Origin: a virus
Taxonomy: Duplodnaviria > Caudoviricetes
DNA: 64,000 bases
IMG/VR virus record: IMGVR_UViG_2511231200_000001
Direction: 5' to 3' (one strand)
Shown here: piece by piece, positions 1 through 9,774 of the stretch
Numbering within the stretch: the stretch's first letter is position 1
Layout: the number at the start of each line of letters is the position of its first letter
Position numbers and translations under genes: made by a program
The notes under the pieces: generated by a model
What the model was told of the DNA's origin: nothing
The model's database searches: none
The model's input: the letters and a program-made list of their open reading frames with translations, nothing else

Positions 1-132
1 GCGTGTGACGTCGCGCTGGAGGCGCGTCAGGCGGTTCTCGACCGAGGTGATCCAGCGGCCTGCCTTGATGGCGGCAGCCAGTACGCCGATTACGGCTGCG
101 GTGATCGACAGACCGGTGACCACGGTCGTCAT
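1..132 (-). CDS. Small membrane protein, truncated by window edge (lysis-region gene)
   Basis: ATG at 132 overlaps TGA of upstream gene (ATGA); MTTVVTGLSITAAVIGVLAAAIKAGRW is one hydrophobic helix followed by ENRLTRLQ. Confidence 0.6.
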   Translation of the reverse strand, partial: MTTVVTGLSITAAVIGVLAAAIKAGRWITSVENRLTRLQRDVTR

Positions 133-470
133 GACGGCTCCGGGCTGTGCACGGCGTCGTGCTTGGCGTGCAGGGCGGCAACCAGTTCGGTGACGCCTTC
201 CAGTTGCTGGAGCACCGCGTCGTGGGTTTCGCGGAGGGTGGCGGCCCATCTGCGGGTCTGCTTGTCCTGCCCGGCGCCGAGGACGGCGAGGGCCACGAGC
301 TGGATGAAGGTCTGCGCGGTCCATGTCACCGTGGGGGCGATGCCTCCGGCGAGGGCCTGCGGCAGCGAGACCAGAGCGAGCCCTGTGAACAGGTAGGCGG
401 CCCACATGGACGACAGCGCGGCGGTGATCCAGTCGGCCAAGCGCTCGTTGAAGGCGCGGATTCGGTCCAT
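129..470 (-). CDS. Two-TM membrane protein, holin-like candidate
   Basis: Two hydrophobic segments (SMWAAYLFTGLALVSL; TFIQLVALAVLGAG) at the end of the tail module. Confidence 0.6.
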   Translation of the reverse strand: MDRIRAFNERLADWITAALSSMWAAYLFTGLALVSLPQALAGGIAPTVTWTAQTFIQLVALAVLGAGQDKQTRRWAATLRETHDAVLQQLEGVTELVAALHAKHDAVHSPEPS

Positions 471-543
471 GGCCCTCCCCGGGCATGAAGATGCCCCGTG
501 CCGTTCGGCACGGGGCGAGAGTGATGAGGACGGAGGAACGGTG

Positions 544-957
544 CTATTCGATGACGGAGGCGTGGATGTGCAGGTGCTCTACTGCGGCGGGAACGTCGTC
601 TATGTCCAGGTACTCAGCTACCTGCTCAGCCATGACCACGGAGCGGTGACGGCCTCCGCTGCACGCTAGGGTCACGGTCACGGGGTCCTGGTTGCGGTTG
701 GCGAAGCTGTACAGCTGTGCCTTGGCGGCTTCCGCGATCTGCACAGCGAGATGCGTGGCGCCCGGAGTGCTGAGGACGTGTGCGCGAACGTCCTCGGACA
801 AACCCGTCTTGTAGCGCATGATGCGGTCGGCGTGCGGGTTGCGCAGGTGTCCGAGGTCGAAGTACAGACCGGACCGAAGCAGGCCGATCGCGTCGGGATG
901 GCGCGTGCCGATGGACCGGACGACGACCTTCGCCGACGCGGTGTGGTGAGGGGTCAT
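544..957 (-). CDS. Stand-alone RapZ C-terminal-domain-like protein
   Basis: LRNPH, YKTG and TLACSGGRHRSV motifs match the RapZ C-terminus; no Walker A domain; start may be 957 or 969. Confidence 0.75.
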   Translation of the reverse strand: MTPHHTASAKVVVRSIGTRHPDAIGLLRSGLYFDLGHLRNPHADRIMRYKTGLSEDVRAHVLSTPGATHLAVQIAEAAKAQLYSFANRNQDPVTVTLACSGGRHRSVVMAEQVAEYLDIDDVPAAVEHLHIHASVIE

Positions 958-1038
958 GGGTTTGAGCATTTCGGGTGCCGGGCGCGCGCGGTAGAGGGTC
1001 TTCGAAGTTTCCTGTTTCCTCTTTGCCGCGCCCCCTTT

Positions 1039-1452
1039 TTACGGGCCGGACGGGGCGCGCTCCGCAGGGGCGGGGACGACCCATCCGGTGGGCAGGGTAA
1101 CCATGGTCCCGGGGTCGCCTGGTCGCGGTTGCGGCTTGGGGGGTGGCTCGGGTGTGCAGTCGCACTGCGGCAGATCACTCTCGTGCGGGGCGGTGCAGGT
1201 GCTTGCGTGGATCCGGGTGGCCAGGTCGAGGGTGATGGTGTGGGTCGAGCACGCGTAGACGGCCACGGTGTGGTCGGTGGCCTCGGTAAGCCCGGGGCCG
1301 ATCGGCGGGGGCCGGTCGGGGTCGGCGAGTTCCAGTATCTCGGCGCGGCGCTGCGCTGCGGTGGCGTTGATCGCGGTGTGCTCCCCGGGAGTGGGGCGGC
1401 GCAGCCACTGCACCGCGGAGGGGGCGCCGCAGCGTGCGCAGGTGTGAGTCAT
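1039..1452 (-). CDS. Cys/His-rich hypothetical protein (putative Zn-binding)
   Basis: GAGGAG RBS then ATG 1452; CARC, CSTH, CTAPH, CDC. Confidence 0.6.
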   Translation of the reverse strand: MTHTCARCGAPSAVQWLRRPTPGEHTAINATAAQRRAEILELADPDRPPPIGPGLTEATDHTVAVYACSTHTITLDLATRIHASTCTAPHESDLPQCDCTPEPPPKPQPRPGDPGTMVTLPTGWVVPAPAERAPSGP

Positions 1453-1462
1453 GGGCGGCTCC

Positions 1463-2005
1463 TCAGCTGTGGGAGAAACGCAGGTAGAGCATGCTGGCCT
1501 GGTCGGCGGCATACTGGGTGGACAGGGTGCCGCCGGAGGACTGCCAGCCGTAGATTTCCACGTAGTCGCCCTGGTTGAGGTAGACGTCTCGCGCGGGCAG
1601 TGCCACGGCGGTGTTGTAGGTGGGGCCGGCGGGGACCTGTGCGGCGCAGCCCTGGATGGGGTTGCTGGCTCCGTTGACGCACGCGTGGGCGCCGCGCATG
1701 CCGGTGGCGTTGGCGGTGTAGACGACCGTTCCGGAAACGGTGTAGTACCCGGGTTGCTGGCAGACGTAACGGGAGGTGGAGAAGCTGGTGCTGTGGCCGC
1801 CGTAGAAGTCGATCACGTTGGTGTCCAGGTTGATGGCCGTGGTGGCGGTGTTGGCCAGGCTTTGTGTCGCTGCGCCCTGGACTCCGACGAACACCGGCGG
1901 GCCGAGGAGGAACGTGAGTCCGTTGGCGACTTGGCTGTTCCACAGGGCCCCGGTGATGAAGTTGCCCGGGGCTTGGGTGGCGATGACTGGCGGGGCGAGT
2001 CCCAC
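1463..2005 (-). CDS. Minor tail / tail fibre protein with C1q-like beta sandwich
   Basis: AGGAGG RBS then GTG 2005; PGNFITGALWNSQV N-terminus, YVCQQPGYYTVSG and YLNQGDYVEIY strands. Confidence 0.7.
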   Translation of the reverse strand: MGLAPPVIATQAPGNFITGALWNSQVANGLTFLLGPPVFVGVQGAATQSLANTATTAINLDTNVIDFYGGHSTSFSTSRYVCQQPGYYTVSGTVVYTANATGMRGAHACVNGASNPIQGCAAQVPAGPTYNTAVALPARDVYLNQGDYVEIYGWQSSGGTLSTQYAADQASMLYLRFSHS

Positions 2006-2044
2006 AGGTCCTCCTTCCCTGTCGTTGGGCACGGGGTGTCCGGG

Positions 2045-5000
2045 TCAGTAGCAGAAGACCGCGGTGTCGAACCGGGCCACCTTGTCCCATGTGGCGGGGT
2101 CGTTGACGCCGGCGGGCAGCGGCTCGCACACCGTGTCACCGGCTGCGTGTGCCTTGCTCGTGGGGCCGGTCAGGACGATGGCGGCCGTGGTCCATCCGGG
2201 GCTGGTGGCGCCAACGGCTTTGACGGTGACGGTCTCGGCGGTGGGTGTGCCCAGCCCGAGGACGAGTTGCTGGCCGGCGCCCAGTTGGGCGGCGGCCGGG
2301 TTGGTGGTGTCCGTGGTGGCTGTGATCGTGATGGTGCTGGTTGGTGCGGTGGTTGCCGTGGCCAGGGTGGTGTGGAGCGATGCGAACAGGGCGTAGGGCG
2401 CCGGGTCCGCGGGTGAGCACTGGAGCCTCCAGGTGGCTTCGCCGTCGTCGCGCATGTCCACCTGGATGCGTTCGATGAAGACATCCAGGGTGATGGGGGC
2501 AGCGCCGGGTGGTCGACGGTTGATGCGGATCCGCATGCCCAGTTCCAGGCTGAGGCACACCGGCCACAGGGCGGGGTTCGCCGATGGATCGAGAACCAGC
2601 GTGCTGACGCGTGTCAGGGGGGTCTTGTAGCGGGACAGAAGGTAGTTGGCCGCGTCGAGGCATTCCAGTGGCGAGGTGGGGTCGATGCTGCGCGTCAGGG
2701 TGCGCGGGAAGTACGCGGCCTGGCTGGTGGTGTCCTGGACGGCGCAGACCTGTCCCGTGCTGGTCTGGGTGACGGTGACGAGGTTCGCCAGGTGGGTCGG
2801 GTCGTAGTCGAGCTGGCAGTCGGTGTACGGCCACTCCCCCATCTCCGCTCGTTCCCCGAACGTGTAGGCAGGGTTGATCGAGTTGTACCGGGCGGAACGG
2901 GCGCGGAACGTGATGGTTCCGGCTCGGTCAGCGAAGTGCTCACCGTTCTCCGTATCAACGACGCTCTGGAGGCACGACAGGGCGTCCTCCCCGGCGAGCC
3001 GGGCGGGGCCGATCGATGTAGTGAGCCCCGTCTGCACCTGTGCCAGGCCCTGGTAGCCGGCGTAGCTCAGGATGCGCTGGTACCGCACTCCGCTCGGTTC
3101 TCCGGCGAACGCTGTCCGCCACGCTGTGTAAATGGTGTTCATGTCGGAGGTTGACAGCGCGGTGGGGAACTCCCCGGCGAAGGCAAGGTCTCCTTGCCAG
3201 TTACCGGAGGAAAGGTAACCGTTCCCGGGGTCGGCGAACGCTCCGATGGTGTCGCTGACCAGTAGTCCGGCCGGGTTGCTGTTCGACAGCAACCCACCGG
3301 TCCAAACGGTTGTCTGACCATCGAGGTTGATGGCGAGCTGAGGTGTGGCGTTGTCCCAGGAAACAATGGCCAGGTGCCAGTTGCCGTCGGCTGCGTTCCC
3401 CGGCACGGCGTAAGCGCCTTGGGAGGTGATGCCGTTGACGTTGAGCTGGAATGCTCCGGAGGCATTGATCTGGAATGCCAGATAGGTGTGCAGGCGGGTG
3501 ACGTAGACCTTGCCGATGCAGCCCCACATCGTGGATACGGACGACGGGTTGTTCGCGGCCGTGAACCGGAACGCGATCATGCGGGTCCACGAGAGGGTAG
3601 CCGGTCCGGTGATGCCGGCCTGGCCCAAGTCCAGGAAGCTGGCTCCGGCGTTGATGCTGCTCCCAGGACTCAGGTTGCTGATGTTCACGACGGTGCCGGT
3701 GGCACCGGCGAAGGTGCCCTGGGGAGACAACGCGGTGATCGAGGTACCGAAGGCCACGGTGCCGCCGCCCAGGGCTCCCTCCGCGACCGGGGCACTCGGG
3801 TTGCCGCCGAGGGCGTCGGCAGCCGCCGTTGAGGTCTGCGGGTCTCCTAGGGTGTACAGGAACCGCGCGTGGTGCTGCTGTACCTCCTCGGTGATGGTCT
3901 CCTGGAGAACGACCTGCGACAGCAACGCCATCGCATCGACGCCCGCGGGGCTGACGATGCCGTAGGTACCGGACAGCTCCCACTGCGTCGACCACCGTTC
4001 CATGTACCCGGCGTAGATCGGTTCCCAGTTGCCGGGGCACTCCCAGGGGCACACTGTCGCACCGGTGTTGAGCATCCAGTCGTCCATCTGCACGAAGCAT
4101 GCGGCTGATGGTGCGGCGGCTGCCTGTACGCCTACGGACATGTAGGCCGCGTTGGCCGGTGCGGTGACGGTAGCCGACAGTGGCGTCCACCCGGCAGTTG
4201 AGGCGCCGGTCAGGGTGGTTGGGGCAACGGAGTAGGTGGTGCCAGATCCTGCGGTGACGTCCCAGAAGAAGTAGGCCGGCTGCACTGCGACAGTGGTGCC
4301 GGCTGTGATGTTCCGGACCTGGATGGTGGTGGTGTACGTCTGCCCAGGCTCGACCGCGGTCTGGCAGGTCCACATGATCCACTGGCCGGTCTTCGCTGCG
4401 GAGGTCACGCTGAACTGCATGACGGTCCCACCGCGCCAAGCCGAGGCGGTGGCGACGAAACTGCCGCCGCTGGCGTCAGTCTGGGTGAGGATCGCCGGGC
4501 CTGTCCTGCTGGAGTCGATCGGGCCGAGCTGTTGCCCGCCGAGGTCGCCTCCAGTGGCCTGCGTCTGGGTGAGGAGGTTCCGCGTCGGCGGCCACGCGGC
4601 CCGCTTCCGGTACGGCTGGTAGGGGGCGATGTGGCCGGAGTAGGGCCCGGTGCGGTTGGTTGGGTCGAGGCCCCCGTCGGGGTCGGCCAGCTCCAGCGAC
4701 GCTTCGCCCGCGCGGATCTGGTCCAGCTCGTACTGGCGGCCCCGGGCGGTGGAGGTGGCGCGGCGGGTGCGGTCTGATAGGTCCACGTACCGGTCTTGCG
4801 GCAGGTCGCCACCGCGGCAGTTCCAGTACGGGCCCCACGCTTCCTCGACTCGGGGCCAGGCGGCGTTGTAGGGGGCGCCGAGGGGGGTGTTGACGTGGGA
4901 GATGACCGCGGCCATACCGGGCGGCTCGGTGTCGGTGGCCGTGACTTGGAAGTACACGCCGACGGCGGTCGCTGTCCAGGCGTAGGAGACGGTCGCCACG

Positions 5001-5458
5001 GAGGTCCAGGTGTAGCCGTCTGCGCTGGTGGAGAAGGTGAAGGTGCCGCTGTCCTCGGCGAGGCGCCAGTACCGGTGGGTGTCCGGGTTGTAGGTCGGCA
5101 GCGTGGCGCTGGCGGTGATGATGCCACTGCTGAGCACCTGCACGGTGAACGCACCACCGGAGGCGACCTGGGCCAGGACAGCGTTGCCGCTGCCGGCGTC
5201 CAGGCGTAGTGCGGTCTGTACGCCGCCGTTGCCGTTGGGAGCGGCAGTGAGCCGTGCCGTCACCGCGGAGTTGGTGGCGTTGTACGGGCCTGCGGCTCCC
5301 AGGTTGTTGGTGGCGCCTGCCGTGGTGGGAACGGTGACGGCCACGCAGCCCTCGGTGGGGTAGGCGGTGTACTGGCCCGGGGTGGAGGCGTTCCACACCG
5401 CAGTGTCGACAGGCACGGTGAACGGGTCTCGCAGCGTCGAGAGCAGTGGATTCGCCAC
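2045..5458 (-). CDS. Large minor tail / baseplate protein with lectin-like (LamG/CBM-like) domains
   Basis: 1137 aa after tape measure; Thr/Gly/Trp-rich; DGNWHLAIVSWD LamG-like segment. Confidence 0.75.
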   Translation of the reverse strand: MANPLLSTLRDPFTVPVDTAVWNASTPGQYTAYPTEGCVAVTVPTTAGATNNLGAAGPYNATNSAVTARLTAAPNGNGGVQTALRLDAGSGNAVLAQVASGGAFTVQVLSSGIITASATLPTYNPDTHRYWRLAEDSGTFTFSTSADGYTWTSVATVSYAWTATAVGVYFQVTATDTEPPGMAAVISHVNTPLGAPYNAAWPRVEEAWGPYWNCRGGDLPQDRYVDLSDRTRRATSTARGRQYELDQIRAGEASLELADPDGGLDPTNRTGPYSGHIAPYQPYRKRAAWPPTRNLLTQTQATGGDLGGQQLGPIDSSRTGPAILTQTDASGGSFVATASAWRGGTVMQFSVTSAAKTGQWIMWTCQTAVEPGQTYTTTIQVRNITAGTTVAVQPAYFFWDVTAGSGTTYSVAPTTLTGASTAGWTPLSATVTAPANAAYMSVGVQAAAAPSAACFVQMDDWMLNTGATVCPWECPGNWEPIYAGYMERWSTQWELSGTYGIVSPAGVDAMALLSQVVLQETITEEVQQHHARFLYTLGDPQTSTAAADALGGNPSAPVAEGALGGGTVAFGTSITALSPQGTFAGATGTVVNISNLSPGSSINAGASFLDLGQAGITGPATLSWTRMIAFRFTAANNPSSVSTMWGCIGKVYVTRLHTYLAFQINASGAFQLNVNGITSQGAYAVPGNAADGNWHLAIVSWDNATPQLAINLDGQTTVWTGGLLSNSNPAGLLVSDTIGAFADPGNGYLSSGNWQGDLAFAGEFPTALSTSDMNTIYTAWRTAFAGEPSGVRYQRILSYAGYQGLAQVQTGLTTSIGPARLAGEDALSCLQSVVDTENGEHFADRAGTITFRARSARYNSINPAYTFGERAEMGEWPYTDCQLDYDPTHLANLVTVTQTSTGQVCAVQDTTSQAAYFPRTLTRSIDPTSPLECLDAANYLLSRYKTPLTRVSTLVLDPSANPALWPVCLSLELGMRIRINRRPPGAAPITLDVFIERIQVDMRDDGEATWRLQCSPADPAPYALFASLHTTLATATTAPTSTITITATTDTTNPAAAQLGAGQQLVLGLGTPTAETVTVKAVGATSPGWTTAAIVLTGPTSKAHAAGDTVCEPLPAGVNDPATWDKVARFDTAVFCY

Positions 5459-5472
5459 CTGACCGTCCCTTC

Positions 5473-5715
5473 TCAGGCATCGAGTAGGTGTGGTTCGGGG
5501 TCGTCCCAGACGATGCGGGTGTACCCGCCGTGGCCGTGGACGGACTCGGCATCGGCGATGCCCCCGCCCCAGAAGACGACGGAGGGACGGGGGCCTCGCC
5601 AGCGGACGGACGCGGTTCCATCGGGCCAGAGGACGCCGTCGGCGACGCGGCCGGTGCCTGATGCTCCGGTGATGTCGGTGTCGCGTTGAAGATGGAACCG
5701 GCGGGGCTGGGTCAC
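5473..5715 (-). CDS. Small conserved actinophage protein (80 aa)
   Basis: GGAGG RBS then GTG 5715; RDTDITGASGTGRVADGVLWPDGTASVRW. Confidence 0.65.
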   Translation of the reverse strand: MTQPRRFHLQRDTDITGASGTGRVADGVLWPDGTASVRWRGPRPSVVFWGGGIADAESVHGHGGYTRIVWDDPEPHLLDA

Positions 5716-5815
5716 TTCGGGCCTCCTGAAGGTCGGGTCGCCCCGTTGCGGCGGGGGGATGGGCAGGCTTGCTGCGCTCGTGCTCGCGGTCGCTGCTCGC
5801 TGCGGAGACTGGGGA

Positions 5816-8800
5816 CTACCGCCTGTAGGCGGGCCAGGTCTGGGAGTTCCGCGCACCCAGCCGCAGTAGCTCTGTCTGCACGGTGTCCCGCAGGTCCCGC
5901 TCGGCCAACACCGACCCACGGACGTGGATGTGGACGATGGGCTGGTTGGGGTATTCCGGCATCAGGTTGACCTGCCCGAAGCTGGCGCCGAGGGCGGGGC
6001 CGGCGTACCCGGCCGAGGTAGCCATGGCCGCCGGGCCGCCGAACGCAGCGGCGTTGCCGGCTTGCAGGGTGGCCACGGCCATGCGCCGGACCGCGTGTAT
6101 CGCTGCCTGGGTGTTCTGGGTGACGCCCATGCCGACACCGGCCGGGATCCACTGGCCGACGTCCTGAGCGAAGGCACGCGACGGTGAACTGATGCCGAGG
6201 AAGTCCTTGGCTGCCTTCAAAGCATCACCGGCGAGGTTCTTCAAAGAGCGAAAAAGAGAACCGGCGGCATTCTCAACACCCTGAACAATTCCGTCTATGA
6301 TGTTCGCGCCGATACTCAGGAATTTCGATCCTATATTGGATACAGCGTTCCAGGCCGACTGGAGGCCATGGCCGATGGTGTCAGCGATCCGCCCGACCGT
6401 GCCGGTGATGGTGTGCCAGGCGCTTTCGAGCGGGTTGATGATTGCGGACTTGATGCCGTTCCACACTGTGGAGGCCACCGATTTGATGCCCTGCCACTGG
6501 CCGCCGAGCCAGTGTGAAACGGAGTTCCACACCTGCTGGAGGACGTGCCAGGTGGCCTGGATCGGCTCGACGATCACGGCCTTGATCGCAGCCCACACCA
6601 CAGAGGCGACGGCTTTGATCCCATCCCACAGCACCTTGAGGAATGACGACACCGCGTTCCACACCGCATGAACGACGGCCATGATCTCGGTATGGAAATG
6701 GTTCCAGATGGCCAGCAGTGCGGCGATCGGCGGCGCGAAAATCACCAGCAGCAATGGCCACCATTTTTTGAAAAATCCAACGATGGCGTTCCAGACAGTG
6801 CTGGTAACTCTGGCAACGGCGTTCCAAGCAGTCTCGATCGCATGCCAGACGGCTTCTACGGCACCGATGACGCCGTTCCAGGCAGTCACCATGGTGTGCC
6901 ATACAGCCAGTGCTGCCTGTCCAACCGCGTGGAAGACCGTGTCGACGATGTTGCGGAACCAGGAGAAGTGGTTGTAGGCGTAGATCAGCCCGGCGACCAG
7001 CGCGGCGATGGCCACCACGACCAGCACGATCGGGTTGGCGTCCATGACCGCGTTGAGGACGGCCTGCGCGCCGGCCATGACTCGTGAGGCGACGGCGGCC
7101 AGTTGCTCTGAGGTGGCGAGCGCCTTGATGGCGCGGCCTGCCTCCATCAGGCCCGTTCCTGCTTCCTTCAAGCCCTTGAACGCACCGGCCACAGCGTCGA
7201 TCTGCTTGACCGGGAACCTCACGATGTTCGTGGCCAGGCTCGTGATACCGGTCGCGGCCTTGATGCCGCCGATCACCGTCAGCTTGGCCGCCAGGCCGCC
7301 GAGGATGACCTCGCCGAAGGTCTTGACCAAGCCCTGGTTCTTGGCCAGGAACTCGGAGAAGCCCTTCAGAGCCGGTCCGACGACATTGGCGAGGATCCCG
7401 CCGAGTACCCGTAGCGCACCGAGCAGCGCGCCACCGACTACCGCCAGCACCGGAGCAGCTGCGGATGCTACGTTCCGCATGGCCTGCGCCGCCTGGCGGC
7501 CGAAAGCGGTGAAGTCGTTTGCAACCGCGCGAAGCTGCTGGCCGACGCGCTCCCAGCCGCTCACTTGCGGTGCCTGCTGCCCCTCCTGCCCGCCGCGCTT
7601 GCCCTGCTGTCTGGGGGCCTGGCCCGAGAACCCGGAGGTGATACCGGAGATGGCCTTCGAGAACCCCTCGACCACTGGCTTGCCGCGGGATTCCAGCAGG
7701 GTGATGAAGCGGGACACCTGTGGGATCAGCGCAGTACCGAGGCGGATCATCAGCGCGTCGAAGCCGGCGCGAAGCTGCTTGACTTGCTGCCCAAGGGACT
7801 GCTGCACGAGCGCGAACCCGAGGACCTTGTTGCCGGCCTCGGTGGTGCTCTTCCCGACGGCGGATATCGTTTCCGCAGTGGCCTTGTAGTTCTCGCCGAC
7901 CGTGGCCAGCGCCGCGTTGGCACCGGGGGCAGTGCCCATCAGGCGCTTGAGCGCGGCGGCGAACTCGGTGGTGCCTTCCTTCCCGCCCTTTGCCGCTGCC
8001 TGCGACAGGTACTCCATCGCGTCCGTCAGGCCGTTGGGGCCGTGCAGCTTCTCCTTGAGGACGTCAGCGTCGACGCCGAACTGCTTGAAGGCGTCCAACA
8101 TCGGGCGTGTGGGGTTCAGCAGGCTCCGTAGGGCCTGTGCCAGGTTCTGGCTGGCGCGAGTCGCCGTGAACCCGTGGTTGGTCATCTGCGCGAGCGCCGA
8201 CAGCACGTCCTGGAACGAGATTCCGGCCGCGCTCGCGGCAGGCACGATGCTGGCGAAGGCGCCGGAGAACTCCTGCAGGTTCGTTTTGCCGTGAGCGACG
8301 GCGGTGATCATCTTTGAGGTGACGTCCGCTGCGGCCGACGCCTTCAGGTGGTAGTCGACCAGCACGTCCGTCAGGGCCTTGGCGACGGTCGTGGTGTCGG
8401 CGCCTTCGGCTGCCGCACCCTGGGCTGCGGCTTTGACGACGGTCAAGCCGTCAGCGGCGTGGTAGCCGGCGGCCTCGATGTAGTACATGGCCTTGGCCAG
8501 GTCGGTGGCGGAAACACCGACCTGGCCAGACATCTTCAGAAGCCCCGAGCGGACCAGATCGAGGTTCTGTTCCAGCTCACCGGCGGAGGTGACGAGCTGG
8601 GTCGTGGCGGTCTGGAACTTGCTGGCCATCCGCACCGACTCGATGCCCACACCGGCCAGGCCGATGCTGCCCCACTTGGCGACCTTCTCGAACACTGGCG
8701 CCAGGCCGAGCCACTTGGCGCCCAGCACGTCAGCGCTGGCCGCCGACTCCCCAGCGGTCGTCTTGGAGGTAGCGGCGACCTTCTCCATCGAGGCCGCTGC

Positions 8801-9265
8801 CACCTTGGCCGCCTCGGTGAGCCGGGCCAGTGCCGCCGCGGCTTCGTCACTGCCGGCCACGAATGCGGCTCCCACCGCGGTGGCGTCTTCGTCCAGCGAC
8901 GCCATCGCCGTGGCGGTGGCCTCAGCGGAGGTGGTGACGGTCTCGGCCATGCGCTCGGCGGCGGCGGTGATCGTGGTCATCGCCTCGTCGGTGGCGACGG
9001 CCGCGGTGTCGGCTGCCTGCCCCACCGTGCGGGTCGCGCGAGCGAACCCCTGCATGCCGGTCTTGGCTGCTTGCGAAGCGTCCGCGACGGCGGACAGCGG
9101 CTCCGCTGCCGCCTGTAGGGATGCGGTGGCGGTATCCAGTCCCTCGGTGGCGAGGAGCGCAGCTTCTCCGACGGTCGTCAGCGTCTTGGCAAGCTGCTGG
9201 AGCGTCTTGAGTGCCTCGGCGGCGTTGGCGGTGAACTCGATCCCGATGGGGGGAAGCTGCGGCAT
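5816..9265 (-). CDS. Tape measure protein (TP901-like core)
   Basis: 1149 aa Ala-rich helical protein; NPIVLVVVAIAALVAGL TM segment; W-spaced repeats; LGISSPSRAF motif. Confidence 0.93.
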   Translation of the reverse strand: MPQLPPIGIEFTANAAEALKTLQQLAKTLTTVGEAALLATEGLDTATASLQAAAEPLSAVADASQAAKTGMQGFARATRTVGQAADTAAVATDEAMTTITAAAERMAETVTTSAEATATAMASLDEDATAVGAAFVAGSDEAAAALARLTEAAKVAAASMEKVAATSKTTAGESAASADVLGAKWLGLAPVFEKVAKWGSIGLAGVGIESVRMASKFQTATTQLVTSAGELEQNLDLVRSGLLKMSGQVGVSATDLAKAMYYIEAAGYHAADGLTVVKAAAQGAAAEGADTTTVAKALTDVLVDYHLKASAAADVTSKMITAVAHGKTNLQEFSGAFASIVPAASAAGISFQDVLSALAQMTNHGFTATRASQNLAQALRSLLNPTRPMLDAFKQFGVDADVLKEKLHGPNGLTDAMEYLSQAAAKGGKEGTTEFAAALKRLMGTAPGANAALATVGENYKATAETISAVGKSTTEAGNKVLGFALVQQSLGQQVKQLRAGFDALMIRLGTALIPQVSRFITLLESRGKPVVEGFSKAISGITSGFSGQAPRQQGKRGGQEGQQAPQVSGWERVGQQLRAVANDFTAFGRQAAQAMRNVASAAAPVLAVVGGALLGALRVLGGILANVVGPALKGFSEFLAKNQGLVKTFGEVILGGLAAKLTVIGGIKAATGITSLATNIVRFPVKQIDAVAGAFKGLKEAGTGLMEAGRAIKALATSEQLAAVASRVMAGAQAVLNAVMDANPIVLVVVAIAALVAGLIYAYNHFSWFRNIVDTVFHAVGQAALAVWHTMVTAWNGVIGAVEAVWHAIETAWNAVARVTSTVWNAIVGFFKKWWPLLLVIFAPPIAALLAIWNHFHTEIMAVVHAVWNAVSSFLKVLWDGIKAVASVVWAAIKAVIVEPIQATWHVLQQVWNSVSHWLGGQWQGIKSVASTVWNGIKSAIINPLESAWHTITGTVGRIADTIGHGLQSAWNAVSNIGSKFLSIGANIIDGIVQGVENAAGSLFRSLKNLAGDALKAAKDFLGISSPSRAFAQDVGQWIPAGVGMGVTQNTQAAIHAVRRMAVATLQAGNAAAFGGPAAMATSAGYAGPALGASFGQVNLMPEYPNQPIVHIHVRGSVLAERDLRDTVQTELLRLGARNSQTWPAYRR

Positions 9266-9326
9266 GGCACACCCCCTCCGTCAGCAGGCCGGGGGCGTTC
9301 CCCAGAGGGTGTGATCAGTGCTGGTG

Positions 9327-9770
9327 TCACAGACCGAGAGCCGCACTCCAGGCGCGTGCGAAGATCCCGGTGATGTGGGGGTCGTGCATGGCCTCATCGG
9401 CGGTCGGCCGCAGGTAGGGCCGGGCGGGCAGGACCGCACCGTGGCCAGCAGTACCGCCGAGTTCCTGGATACGGGCGTACGCGGTGTTCGGGCCCATCAC
9501 CGACGTCCAGACGCCGGTTCCCTCGCTGGTGGGCCCGGCCAGGTCGAACGAGCCGCGCAGGCGCCCGGTGACGAGCGCCGGGGGCTGCCCTGGTGGCGAG
9601 GGAGTTGGGGTGTCGGGCTGGTGGGAGTAGCGGGAGAGGTGGGCTCGGGCCCGGCCGGCGACAACGGACTGCGCCGTGCTCAGCGCTTCGCCGGTGGCCT
9701 CGTCGAGTCGGGCGGCCATCGCCGTAAGTCCGGCGATGGCCTCGGACAGGCCCGTGAACGATGACGGCAC
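9327..9770 (-). CDS. HK97 gp10-like tail completion protein
   Basis: TGRLRGS, NTAYARIQELGG, ARPYLRP motifs. Confidence 0.8.
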   Translation of the reverse strand: MPSSFTGLSEAIAGLTAMAARLDEATGEALSTAQSVVAGRARAHLSRYSHQPDTPTPSPPGQPPALVTGRLRGSFDLAGPTSEGTGVWTSVMGPNTAYARIQELGGTAGHGAVLPARPYLRPTADEAMHDPHITGIFARAWSAALGL

Positions 9771-9774
9771 CCGG

